A stretch of 62,716 nt of DNA, the filler included, from Pirum gemmata (Eukaryota), in assembly GCA_002812295.1 (NCBI GenBank). It is 26 parts of 26 records of this genome, joined end to end, with 100 filler letters (N's around TTAATTAATTAA, not from the genome) between each part and the next. Parts side by side here need not be neighbours in the genome. Positions count along the whole stretch, not along the records: positions 39,589 to 41,766 come from PDIN01007573.1; positions 41,867 to 44,092 come from PDIN01007574.1; positions 44,193 to 46,946 come from PDIN01007575.1; positions 47,047 to 50,457 come from PDIN01007576.1; positions 50,558 to 53,485 come from PDIN01007577.1; positions 53,586 to 55,798 come from PDIN01007578.1; 20 more parts are not named here. The stretch is one strand, 5' to 3'. The position numbers were made by a program, and so were the translations under genes. Of the stretch, positions 41,028 to 54,187 are shown in pieces (position 1 is the first letter of the stretch; each line of letters opens with the position of its first letter). The notes below the pieces were generated by a model that was not told the origin of the DNA, searched no databases, and worked only from the letters and a program-made list of their open reading frames with translations.

Positions 41028-41264
41028 GGGAGATGCGGGAAAACCCATCGAATCGAGACTAGCTCGAAATTTTCGAAATTCTTCGATCTAATTTTAAGTA
41101 TTGACTTACTTTTGATTTCATTAAAAAATTCTTAAAAAAAAATTCTTAGAAATTTCATAGAAAAAACTTGAAACTCGAAAAAAAAAGAATATCATTTCAA
41201 AATTGTCGCTATTTAATAATTAGGATCGAGCTTTTTGATTCGATTATGTTTTCCGGTATCTCCC
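41028..41264. mobile_element. MITE family C full-length copy
   Basis: GGGAGATGCGGGAAAACCCATCGAATC / GATTCGATTATGTTTTCCGGTATCTCCC. Confidence 0.82.
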
Positions 41265-43059
41265 TCCTGCTAAAGCTTTACTTTTTCATAATTAGAATGC
41301 GTATAAAAACAGCTATAAAAACTTGATCATTTTTAAGTATGCAATAATTTTTATATCAAAAGTTTTAATAAAGCACAGCTTAAGGTACAATCAATATGTG
41401 TTTTTGTAATTATTATGGGAAAATTCAAGTTATAATTATTTCGAGTAATATAATATACTTATAATATATTATATTTATTGTAAAAGATATTTTAACAAGT
41501 TTTTAACATAGTATTATTTTGCTTATTGTTCTTTCAATCCCCCACAGAGATTTACGGCACTATTTATATACATTTCCAAGATTTTCCAAGGCACATTACG
41601 GGCATTCCCCAGCCCTACCCCTCGAGCCATACGAGCCAGTGACGTCATCTGTATGTTCGACTCGTCGAAAATACTCACTTTTTTTTTTTGAAATTGTTGC
41701 TTTTTTTTTTACTGTGACACATACTACTATTACTACATACTACTACTACTACTACTACTACTACTANNNNNNNNNNNNNNNNNNNNNNNNNNNNNNNNNN
41801 NNNNNNNNNNTTAATTAATTAANNNNNNNNNNNNNNNNNNNNNNNNNNNNNNNNNNNNNNNNNNNNTTTATTTTGTTCTGAATATTTATTTGGTTGGTTA
41901 TAATATTTAAATTGATACTTTTAAAAATAAATAAATATATAATAAAATATACCAAATAAAATAAAATGGATTTATGTTGTACTAATTTGGTATTCTTTAT
42001 TATATATTTTATAATGACAAAACAAACTGAAAAGAAAGCACGATACAAGTCATGAATGACGTCATGCAAGTTACATCACATCACAAGAGTTGCATCATGA
42101 CAATAATTATTTGTAGTGCTTTTAAAAATGAAAACCACGATATATGGTTTTCAAAAGATAGAAAGCACACTAGCAATTATAGAGTATTAAAGACCAAACA
42201 GAACAAAAACACATGGCAGCACAGAAGTAAGACCAACTCAAAATCCTCGAGAACAAAAACACATGGCAACACAGAAGTAAGACCAACTCAAAATCCTCGA
42301 GGATCAACAAACACGATTTGCAAACTCAGATTGTAAACTAGATGTCATCACATTAATGCTCATGAATTTATCTAAGAACATGGCCAAACAACAAAGATAA
42401 AAATAACAACTTCTAAAGCTCATGGATTTATCTATCATTATCGTTATCATTATCATTATCATTATCATTATCATTATCATTATCATTATCATTATCAGTA
42501 TCATTTTCATTATCATTTTCATTATCATTATCGTTATCATTATCATTATCATTATCATTATCATTATCATTATGACCAAACAACAAAGATAAAAATAACA
42601 ACAAGACTACAATTCTACTAGCTCTTGTATTATTATAAAAGTATCAATTTATATACAAAATAAAAGAAAAGTATAATATTATAATACTTGATTTTTTATT
42701 TTTATTTTGAACAAAAAAAGAAAAGAAAAATGATGACGTCATAATGCTTTCTGACAATCAAAATGTATAATAAATTACTCAATAAGAGGTGCTAGATACG
42801 ATCGCTACTTGGGACACCCTATGAGCTAGCTGACCTGGCCATTTGACTGGAGCAGCCCGCCCAAAACATGTATAAATACAATAAAAAAAAACCAAAAAAA
42901 AAAAAAAAATTGTTTTTTATTTCATAGTTTAATTTTTTCACGTTGTTTATATTGGAAAAAGTTTTTTTTTATCATACGAATACGAATTTTGTTTATTATA
43001 ATTATAAGTTATATTTAGATTAAAAATATTGTTAAGGATTTCGAGGAAGTAGAGTTCGG

Positions 43060-43545
43060 TTGTTTTATTTTGACGATCTATCATATATTTCCAGCGGGAT
43101 CATGGTAGTCAAGGAAGGAGAGCAGCAAGAATGGTTGGATAAGCTGTTTCGGCAGCTATTCCTGACCACTATGCTGCGAATAATGAATTGTCCTGTCGAT
43201 TTTGTTTTGTCAAATGAAAATTTTAAGGGTTGTAAAGTTAAAAATGACAATCTTTTAAAGTTAACTCGACTGATAATGGAAACAATTTCATACGACTTTC
43301 CGAAGATAAGCTTTGAGAAGATTTCTGATTCTAATCTCAATCTGTTAAAAGGTAATCATCAACAGGGTTTATTTTATTTTGCCTTTTATTGTTTAATTTT
43401 TCAAAATAGGACGCTCGAAAAGCAACCTATCCGGATTCAAGGTTTAGAACAGCAAACGTTGAAAGTGTTTCAAGAAAAACAGTCTATGCTTAACAGAATG
43501 CCTTGTAATCAAAATTCAGAACAAAAAATTTTGTTGACAGCTTGA
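43060..43545 (+). CDS. Hypothetical protein or terminal exon
   Basis: Non-repetitive 161-codon open frame in an AT-rich background; no domain recognised. Confidence 0.45.
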   Translation: MFYFDDLSYISSGIMVVKEGEQQEWLDKLFRQLFLTTMLRIMNCPVDFVLSNENFKGCKVKNDNLLKLTRLIMETISYDFPKISFEKISDSNLNLLKGNHQQGLFYFAFYCLIFQNRTLEKQPIRIQGLEQQTLKVFQEKQSMLNRMPCNQNSEQKILLTA

Positions 43546-44394
43546 AAACTTAAAAAAAGGTTTTTGTAACAATATCATTATTATTATCATTATTATTATC
43601 ATTACACATAATTATCATGTCGTCATTATTATTTATTTACTCTTATCATCATCATTACAAATATAAAAATACACGAAGATGAAGTTATTCTAATAATATG
43701 TTGGAAAGATTACATTTGGTCTATTATTTGTTGTCTCCATAATATCTTCCAATAATGTGTTGGAAAGATTACAATGTATATTATTTGTTGTCTCCATAAT
43801 ATGTGTTGTTTTTGGTTTTTTTTTGTGTGAGTTTCTTTTCAACTTCTTCTTCGAACAAATAGGGAGACAAAAAACAAAGAAAAACGAAAGACAAAGTAAT
43901 ACTGATAGTAATAGGTGTAATAATTATTAATATTACATTTGTACAACTAGAATAACGATAAATAACGATAGATAACTATAAATAACAATAGATAATAATT
44001 GTAATAATAGGAGATAATTATAGCATCAACTTCAGCCTTTCATTGAAAGAACAAATAATAATAATAATAATAATAATAATAATCATAATTAANNNNNNNN
44101 NNNNNNNNNNNNNNNNNNNNNNNNNNNNNNNNNNNNTTAATTAATTAANNNNNNNNNNNNNNNNNNNNNNNNNNNNNNNNNNNNNNNNNNNNTAATTATA
44201 ATATAATAATTATAATAATAGTTGTATTAATACTGTTTAGCCGGTATTGTAAAATGTATACTATTGGGGATGTTTGTTAGTTGAAGATAGTTAGGGTTTC
44301 CTGGTGGACCCTATAACTATAATTATTATAATAATAATTATAATCATATCAAATAATAATAAAAATAAATAAAGAAATAAAGAATAATATTTTT

Positions 44395-44914
44395 TTAATG
44401 TAATTTTGGATACTTAACTGTCATAGAAATTTGCACAGTGGATAAAAAAATGAAAAAACTCTGAATTAAACAACAAAAACCCGCAGCCACGTAACCATAT
44501 AAACACAAACCTCGCTCCAACCCTTCTGGAAGTTCCATAACCGCAAATTGCAACGCTGAAGAAAACAAAAGGCAACCACAAACAAATCCAGAAGCAGATA
44601 AAACAACAGAAGTTAAAAAGCGATGGGTTTTTAAATTTCGAGCAAAAGAACATAAACGAGAATTGTAATAAAATAAAGAATTAAACCAAATCATAGGAGC
44701 AAACACTCCGGCTGCTTCCGCTGAATTCGGTGCTTGTAGACGGATACTGTATAGAAACATTGAACCTATAGTAACTACTAACATTAACACTAAACTAGTT
44801 GTACCTAACACCACTATAAGGGCCATGGTAGTTCTTAATGAAGAAAGTAATTCTTCTTCTTTTAGTGTCAGTTCCTTCTTCATGTAATTATTATTATTGT
44901 TATTATTGTTGTGT

Positions 44915-44947
<33 letters not shown>

Positions 44948-45019
44948 CCGGAGTTGGCGTTGTTAGTGTTAGCGTTGGCGTTGTTGACGTTGTTAGCGTT
45001 GTTGGCGTTATTGGCGTTA

Positions 45020-45095
<76 letters not shown>

Positions 45096-46422
45096 NNNNN
45101 NNNNNNNNNNNNNNNNNNNNNNNNNNNNNNNNNNNNNNTTGTCGTTGTCGTTGTTGTCGTTGTTATCGTTATCGTTGTCGTTAATATTATCATTACCATT
45201 ATCACCATTATTATTATTATTATTAATATTATTATTATTATTATTATTATTATTGTTATTGTTATTGTTGTTGTTCATTTTGTTGTTATTCTTTTTCTTA
45301 GTATTACATGGTTGACTCTTCGTAGTCTTTACATATTTTGGAAATTTCTGACCAACCATTTGATTATATTGGTGTTGGATTAATTCTTTCATAGAATGAC
45401 TACCTCTGTACCTCAGTTTCTTAGAATCATCATTTAGTGATGGACTATCATGTCTGTACCGTGTTCTTTTTAGCAAGAGCTTTTGTTGTAATTCTTTCAA
45501 AGAGTTACTTCTTTCATAAATGTCTAACTCGTCCATACCATCATCATCATCTATACCATCGTCGTCCATATTATCATAATCATTATCGTTATTACAATTA
45601 CCAATCTGATTGCCATTAATACTAGGCTCATCATCAGTAGCAGCATCAACAGCATCATCATCATAATTAATAACTTCATTATTATTATTATTATTATTAT
45701 AATTGTAATTATTATTTTCATTTTCAATACCATTATTATCATTATTATCTTCAATACCATTATTACCATCATTATTGCCGTTATTATTATTATTATTAAG
45801 AATGTTTTTGGCTTTGTATTTCAAATCAAAACCATACTCACTTATTACATTCATACCTAACTTTTCCTGCACCCAATACTCAGATACATCAGTATACAAA
45901 CCATAGTTGATTCCAGTAGAAGTTTGTCTGATCCAATAGGGCCAAGTAACCGAAATCTGAAGCAAAGACAAAGCTACCATTGCAAAAATGAAACTAAGCA
46001 AAGTCCAAATTGTTTTGAAATGAAAAAAATCAACGTTTACGGGAATAAAATTCATTGTTCCAGCGTTATCATCTGTTTGTATACACGCAGCGCAACAATC
46101 TCCGCCAAATTCGTGACAGCTACAATTACCTTGCATGGTACACTTTCCGGTGACGTCATCGTACTTTGGTAACAAATCAATGGACTCCTTACGCATTCCA
46201 GGGAAGCCAACATTAGTGTTAGTTCTATTAGCTTCGTTGTTACTGTTATTATTACTTTGGATAAAACTATCACAATTAGTACATTCGAAGCTAGTAAAGG
46301 CTTCAATGTCACTCCCAACATTGTCATTATCATCATCATTGTTGAAATTACAGTTGTTGTATTCTACAAAACTATTACAGCGAATAAAATTCCTATTATT
46401 AATATTATTATTATTATTATTA
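44395..46422 (-). CDS. Claudin/PMP22/Sur7-like four-TM protein with a very long Asn/Asp-rich first loop, 5' partial
   Basis: TM1 followed by SVTWPYW...NYGLY; three C-terminal hydrophobic helices; ORFs 44880-46196 and 44395-44883 join in the DN-repeat frame across the N gap at ~45096-45138. Confidence 0.6.
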
Positions 46423-47723
46423 NNNNNNNNNNNNNNNNNNNNNNNNNNNNNNNNNNNNNNNNTAATAATAATAGTCTAGCTCAAACTAATAATAGAAAAC
46501 TGACTACTTGAACAAGTTTCCCACCCAACGTCTTTGATTGTGTTGCCTTTCTGTTTGTCTAATGTCTATCCTATTTTGTTTTGCTCTAGCTGCTAGCTCA
46601 CTAGCTAGTAACGCCAACTTCCAGTCAAATATAGCTTCAAATACCCCTACCTACCTACCACTCGACATTAATTTCCGGTCAAATACCACCTACCTAGTAC
46701 CTACCTACCGCCCTTTGACGTGATATATTATTATTTGAACCCTTTTTTAGTCTGATTGCTTTTTTTGAAGGTTTTCAATTTCAACTCCTTACTTTTTTTG
46801 TCTAGCTTTTTTTGTAATAAATTCGTTTTTTTTTTTTTTTTTATTTTTTTTCTCTCACAATTTTTCGCATGCGAGAAAAAAAAAACTCCCATAACGAAAA
46901 TGTAAGTGGAAATCTGATAGAGTCAGATAGTAAAGTTCAATTAAAANNNNNNNNNNNNNNNNNNNNNNNNNNNNNNNNNNNNNNNNNNNNTTAATTAATT
47001 AANNNNNNNNNNNNNNNNNNNNNNNNNNNNNNNNNNNNNNNNNNNNTTTGTTTTGTTGTTCCCACTACCACCACCACCACCACCACTACAACAACAACAA
47101 CAACAATAATATTAATAATAATAATAATGAGTAACTGTAAAAATGGAAAAAGTCAACACAATTTGGGCGCTTTGGTTTTCAAAAATGATCACCTTCGGCA
47201 AAATGTTTTAAAATGGAATTGGAAGTTAGACGTTGCCATAAGATGTGATAGAGACTGGGTTTGTTTTTTATATACTATTACTTTATAATATAATATGTAA
47301 ATATAATACATAGCTCAATAAACAATTATATATGTGTACACGGAACATTGTTTTTAGTTTTTATGCATTAATTGATCATTTATTAAACACTAACATCGAA
47401 AACAAGTATACGAATAAACAAGCAGCATACACAACAACAGCGCTAACAAACAAGAAACAAGAAATATCGTTTAATTAAAAAGAAATAACAAACAGCAAAC
47501 AACTAACAACAACAATGTACAACAACCACAACAAACAACCACGAACAAACAATCAATCATATATAACAAACAACCACGACGGCAAAGAAATCATCACAAA
47601 CATACAACCACCACCACCACCACAACCAAAAACAAACAATTACAACGTAATTATAAATGAATATTGATAATAGTAAAATCAAAATCAATCAAACAAATAT
47701 TATTAACAAAACTAATTCCTTAG

Positions 47724-48071
47724 CGACTATTAGCTTCATCGTTAGGTTAATTAACACACGTACACGCAGTGGTATCAAAATAAGAAAATTATATTAGTAG
47801 TAGTAAAAATAATTATACAATTAACTTAGGCAATAAGTTACAATATCAATTATTAATAATAAATAAAAAAATAAATATTTTTTTAAAAACGTAGGTATTT
47901 AAACAACATACAGACAAAATTCTAAAATTTTTAGACGTAAAAACCAAAATAAAATTTAAAGACTTTCTCCATAAGGATTTCCTGTCTGTTTTTGATTTTG
48001 CAGCTTGTTCCGGTGCCATTAACACTTTAAAGTTTTTCCATCGTCAAGGCTTTACAAATATTTCTGAAAAG
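47724..48071 (+). CDS. Two small phase-compatible exons (47724-47745, 48004-48071) of an unknown gene
   Basis: TTTTGCAG acceptor and GTAAGT donor; joined peptide RLLASSLACSGAINTLKFFHRQGFTNISEK. Confidence 0.45.
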
Positions 48072-49229
48072 GTAAGTATTAATATTTGATATAATTATAA
48101 TTATAAGGGTGCGTTCAGAAATAGGCATTTCGGGGTTTAGGGTGAGTTAAGCGTTAGGGGTTAGGGGTTAGGGAGCTGTATTATTATTATTATTATTATT
48201 ATTATNNNNNNNNNNNNNNNNNNNNNNNNNNNNNNNNNNNNNNNNNNNNNNNNNNNNNNNNNNNNNNNNNNNNNNNNNNNNNNNNNNNNNNNNNNNNNNN
48301 NNNNNNNNNNNNNNNNNNNNNTTATAATTAAAATTATTTGCAATTTTTTGCAATTGTTGTCTGTTTTTTTTTTATTTTTTTTAATTTTTTTTTTATCATA
48401 ATTTAAAAAAAAAATATGATACTGTATATTATGTGTATTAACATTAATATGAATATTGATGTTAGCTAGTTAGGGCTTTGTATCATACTTCGTTGTGGTG
48501 GTTGTTGTTAAAACCAATAGTCGTGTGCGGCGGTTTGTTAAATATTTATATATAATTATTTCTTGCTATAATGTATAATGTATATAATAATATTATAATA
48601 ACGCTTTAAAATTTGTTGCTGTTACGTTAGACAGTTACGACGTTGATAACGTTGTAGAGCGTTGCAGTCTTGCAGAGCCATCGCAGACCCTTGGTTTGTT
48701 GTGTCTTCGCAATGTTGTGCCAAAAGCAAGCTTCTCCCAATTATGCTTTGTTTAAAAAAAACGAGTTTTCGAGCCTATACATTAATTAAATAAGTTCGAA
48801 AATTTTAAGATAACAATTAAGTATTCAAGAATATTTATTTATTTATAAACCCGAAAAATTGGAAAAAATAATTTTCGAACAGGGCTGAATTTCGGCTTTT
48901 TTTTTTTTTTCGACAGCAGAAATTCGAATTTTCGGGCTCGAGCAGAATTGGGAATTGGAAGCTTAGGGAATAGGGAGCGTTAAATTCTACGTAACGCCAA
49001 TTTCCGGTCAAATACAGCTTCAAATACCCCATATCTACCAACCCCTCGACGTTAACCACCTGTCAAAAACCACCTACTTACCTACCCCTTGACGTGACGC
49101 ATTCACTTAGCCAAAAGTCCAAACTCTATTGGCAAACGAACTAATTGGTTAGGTATTATTAAGAAAATGATTGGTCGGGGTCTTGCGCGTGTTACAAACT
49201 TGACCTTTAGTAGAAACTTGTCAAGCAGA

Positions 49230-49415
49230 CTTGCGGGAAAAGCAAGAAATAATTCTTATATGGGTTTGATATTTTTCAATCGCTAATTCGATATTTTCGA
49301 TCGTAAGTCCAATATGTTTCGATTATAAATAAATGAAATAAAATCGAAAGCTTTTATAAATATGCCATTGTATTTATAATTATTTTTCGAGCTAACATAG
49401 CGCATTTCCCGCAAG
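49230..49415. mobile_element. MITE candidate, TIR CTTGCGGGAAA/TTTCCCGCAAG
   Basis: 11-bp perfect GC-rich inverted repeat; only one copy in the window. Confidence 0.5.
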
Positions 49416-51159
49416 CTCCTCTTTAGTCTTTCGGCCAAGCCAGGTTATATTATTATAATAAAAACTGTAGAAATCATTTTTTTTAGACTTCTTCTTTTCT
49501 AAAAACTTTTTTTTTTAATGCTAACTAGCCAAATTATTATTAAAAACTGGCCATTGGTTCATAATACTAGCCAAATTATTTTTAAAAACTGGCCATTGGT
49601 TCATAATAGAGTTTTTGTAGTCATATAACATTCCCTTACTTTGGTAGTACTTTTCTTAAAATTGGAGCATTTCGATATTTTTCAGATTTTTGAGCTCATA
49701 TGTACATCCGCAATTTTTCCGGCTTGGCTGTTAAAAAAAAACTAGCTACTTATTACTATATCAGATAGTCTAGAACTTTTCAGTTGTTTTGCCATACAAT
49801 AAAGGGTGCCAAATTAATACAATATAAATCCATTTAATTTAATTTGCTATATTTTATTATCTATTTATTCACTTAAAAATATCAATGTAAAGGCTTATAA
49901 CCTACCAAAAAAATATGCAGGGGGCGACAAAATAAATGAGAAGCACAACACTACTAGCTAGCTAGTAGTAGCAGAGCTAGCTAGCTACTAGCTAGCCCTC
50001 TCTACTTTTCCTGAACATGTAAAAAAAAATAGAAAAATGCTCCAAAAAAAAAAAAAAAAAAAAAAAAACAACAACAAACTATAGCATCATCAACAACAAT
50101 ATATATTTCCATCATCAACATTACCATCATCAACATTATCATAATCAACACTATCATTATCTATCAACAAAATTACATATATATACATGAATTCTACTTT
50201 GTTCACAAGAGTACTCATATATATAATTATCATCATCAGCTGCAACAACAACAACGTCAACGCCACGATATTAATAGTAATTAATATTAAAATTTTGTTG
50301 CTAGTCACACTATCATTATCCAACTACATTGTATATGATTATCACAGCTGCAAAACAACGATGACATAATAATAATGATTGATATTTGTTGATACTGTTG
50401 TTGTTCTTGTTGTAATAATAGTAATAATAATAACAATACATAATAATAATAATAATANNNNNNNNNNNNNNNNNNNNNNNNNNNNNNNNNNNNNNNNNNN
50501 NTTAATTAATTAANNNNNNNNNNNNNNNNNNNNNNNNNNNNNNNNNNNNNNNNNNNNTTCAAAAAAAAAAAAAAATGCAATTTGTTTTTCGAGTCCCTTC
50601 TTTAGTCTTTTAGTCTTTTGAAATTGCAAAATTTTAATCACATAATAAACATATTACGAAGGTATACCTAAATATACTAATTCAGTTCCAACCCTATACC
50701 TAATTGTGTAAATATAATCTAATTATAAATATAATTAATATTATTGTAACCTAAGTAATAATAGTTATTATAAATATAAATATAATTAGTTCCGGATAAT
50801 CCTATACCTAATTGTGTAAGTATAATCTAATTATAAATATAATTAGTATTATTGTAACCTGAATAATAATAGTTATTATAAATATAAATATAATTAATTG
50901 ATAACAAAAATATTTACGATAGTGAAAAATTTAATGATAAAAAACTATAGGTTACTTGATCGAATTTTTTAATAACCGAGTTATTAGACTGCGCAAAAAA
51001 AATTGAATGAGTGTAGCTCGAAAAAAAAAAAAATTACATTCGAATCGGAAAAAAGGTTATTTTTAAGAATGTAAGAACTAAAAACAATAATACTTTTTTT
51101 CCAGTATACAAAGGGTATATTAATTAATAACGTTATCATAAAACACCGCGATCCCTCCC

Positions 51160-51540
51160 AATCACACCATCTGACCTATCAGATGAAAATTCTAAGCTTT
51201 CAGATTGCAATATAATTCATTTAAATGGAAATCTAGAAAAAGAGTATTTTTAAAAGTGACCGCACCCCCCCCTACCAACATCTGGCCTATCAGATGAAAA
51301 TTCTAAGTTTTCAGATTGCAATATAAGCCATTAAAATGTAAATCTAGTAAAAGGGTATTTTTGAATATTCTCAAATGTGATCAGGACTTATATTTTTAAG
51401 AGAAGTGATCGCCCCCCCTCCCACCATCTGACTTATCCGATGAAAGTTCCAAGCTTTCAGATTGCAATTTAAGCCATTAAAATGGAAATCTAGTAAAAGG
51501 GTATTTTTGAATGTTCTCAAATGTGATCAAGTCTTATATT
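51160..51540. repeat. Tandem repeat, ~120-135-bp unit x3
   Basis: Recurring CATCTGACCTATCAGATGAAAATTCTAAGCTTTCAGATTGCAAT. Confidence 0.85.
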
Positions 51541-53037
51541 ACTTATATATAATATTATGACGCAATACTAAGTAATTAAACTTGCCGGGTTTTTAAAATC
51601 ATAATAATTATCGTACATTTCATTACAATTGTCTTCTCAATCTTTAATTTGGCACTGTTTAAGTGTATAATTGGACTTATTTATAAAATAAAACATTAGT
51701 TATAAAATACCAAATTAATCAAAACATGTCTGATAGTTTAACCATAATAATTATTTGGTACGTTTATTTCAGTTTTTGAACTGGACAACAACACTATTGA
51801 AAAACACGACCGATATTTAGAACTTAAATTTCTCAAAAATGAAAAAAATGCTATAATAAAAAAAAATGAGTTTAAAAACTGTTTTTTTAAAAAATCGTGA
51901 ACCCGTTTATGGTAAATTAATTTAATTTCAAATCTTAAATATTTTAATTGGTAGGTTTTAATATATGATAATATAGGGTAACAAATAGTCTATGTAACCA
52001 CTTTTTATTATTTTGGTTGAATATGATAAAAAATATAAATAAAAATGACGCTTATAATTAATAAATGGGCATTAATGATGCCATATATATATATAACGAA
52101 AATAACTGCTTTTTTGCTATTTATATATATATACCAACACATTCCTCCCCCCTCCCCCTTCCCCTTCCCCTTCCCCTTCCTAACCCCTCGAACTATTTGA
52201 CCGTGACGTCACACGTATGTTCGATTTGTCGAAATACCTTCGACAAGAGATATTTAAAAAATTATAACTGCTGTTTAGTCTTGCTTTTTTCAGTTTCCTT
52301 TTTTTTCTTTAGAAACGGTCGTCAATGCAGTTAAATGTTTAGAAAAGGCATGTGTCTCTTTCACCCTGATATACCGTGCACTCAGCGACACAGCCCAACG
52401 CTCCCGGCCAAGCAGCCAGGCAGCCGAAGTAGCACGCTTATAAATGCAAAAATGCAAAGGATCTCAATTAATCATGAGATCGTTATAATTAATAATATAA
52501 TAGTAGACTATAGCTAGTACCACCACCACCATAACAATAACAATAACAATAACAATAACAATAACAATAACAATAACAATAACAATAACAATAATAATTA
52601 TAATCACAATATCAATATCAATATCAATAACAATAACAGTAACAATAACAATAACAATATTAATAACTATAACTAATAATAATATGATATTGATAATAGA
52701 CTAGTACCACCACCACAACCACCACAATAACAATAACAATAACAATAACAATAACAATAACAATAACAATAACAATAACAATAACAATAACAATAACAAT
52801 AACAATAACAATAACAATAACAATAACAATAANNNNNNNNNNNNNNNNNNNNNNNNNNNNNNNNNNNNNNNNNNNNNNNNNNNNNNNNNNNNNNNNNNNN
52901 NNNNAGGGTTAGGTTAATTGAACTTATTTGTAAATACAACATTAAGTATAAAATACCAATTGCAAATTAATTAATAAACATGTCTAATAGTTTTTATGTA
53001 ATATTGTATGAGGTATTACTAAGTAACTTATTGAATA

Positions 53038-53216
53038 GAAGGGATGACATCCCCTTTGGCAGAAATTTGGAGATAGGTTACAAAAGGAATTGAGATGGCA
53101 ATTAAGTATTACTATTAATAGTTATAAGTTAACTTTTTATAGTAATTTAAGTCAAATTTTCAATTTTTACCGTACCCTAGGTTGGTATTAGTATTATGAC
53201 GTCATGTCATCCCTCC
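53038..53216. mobile_element. Mutator(MULE)-like MITE with 10-bp TSD
   Basis: TIR GAAGGGATGACAT/ATGTCATCCCTCC; TTATTGAATA at 53028-53037 and 53217-53226. Confidence 0.78.
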
Positions 53217-54187
53217 TTATTGAATAGACTATGACGCAAATATTACGTTACGTAAGATAAGAAAAATTAGCCAATCAATCATTCTTTTTTTGGAAATGGT
53301 CAGCCGCGAAATGCGGAAGTTTTTTTTAGCTCGGTTACGATCGATAGGACTTTGAAGTACTTTGATATAAAATACATAACAAAAATTAATGCTCGAAATT
53401 ATTATATAATCAATAAAAAGCATATTGTTCGCGTTCTTTCGCACTTTTTTTTTTTTTTGGTTTTTTGATTTTGAAATTTTTCATTNNNNNNNNNNNNNNN
53501 NNNNNNNNNNNNNNNNNNNNNNNNNNNNNTTAATTAATTAANNNNNNNNNNNNNNNNNNNNNNNNNNNNNNNNNNNNNNNNNNNNCTTAACCTTAACCTT
53601 AACCTTAACCTTAACCTTAATATTTGACATTTGACATATAAAGGAAAAACTCAAACAATAATAAATAAGGGTTACAATACTACAATAATACAATAATACA
53701 ATAACACAATAATACAATAATACAATAATACAATACAATAATGCAACAATACAATAATACAATAGTGCAACAATATAACAATATAACAATACAACCAATA
53801 CAACAAAACAATAATACAATACATAATAAAATAATACAATACAACAATACAACAATACAACAATACAACAATACAACAATACAACAATACAACAATACAA
53901 AAACACAACAATACAACAATACAACAATACAACTACACTACAACACAAACAGAACACACAACTACAACGAAGTCACGATATACAACACAACAACACCACA
54001 ACAATAATACAACAACAAAAATACAACGCAACAAACAACACAACAACACAAAAAATAAAAAAAATACAAACAACAAACAATAAAACAACAACAATGCAAC
54101 AATACAACAACAATATAATGAAAACAATCATAAAATAATGCAAGAATACAAACATACAATTACAATATAATAAGAACAATAAAATAC

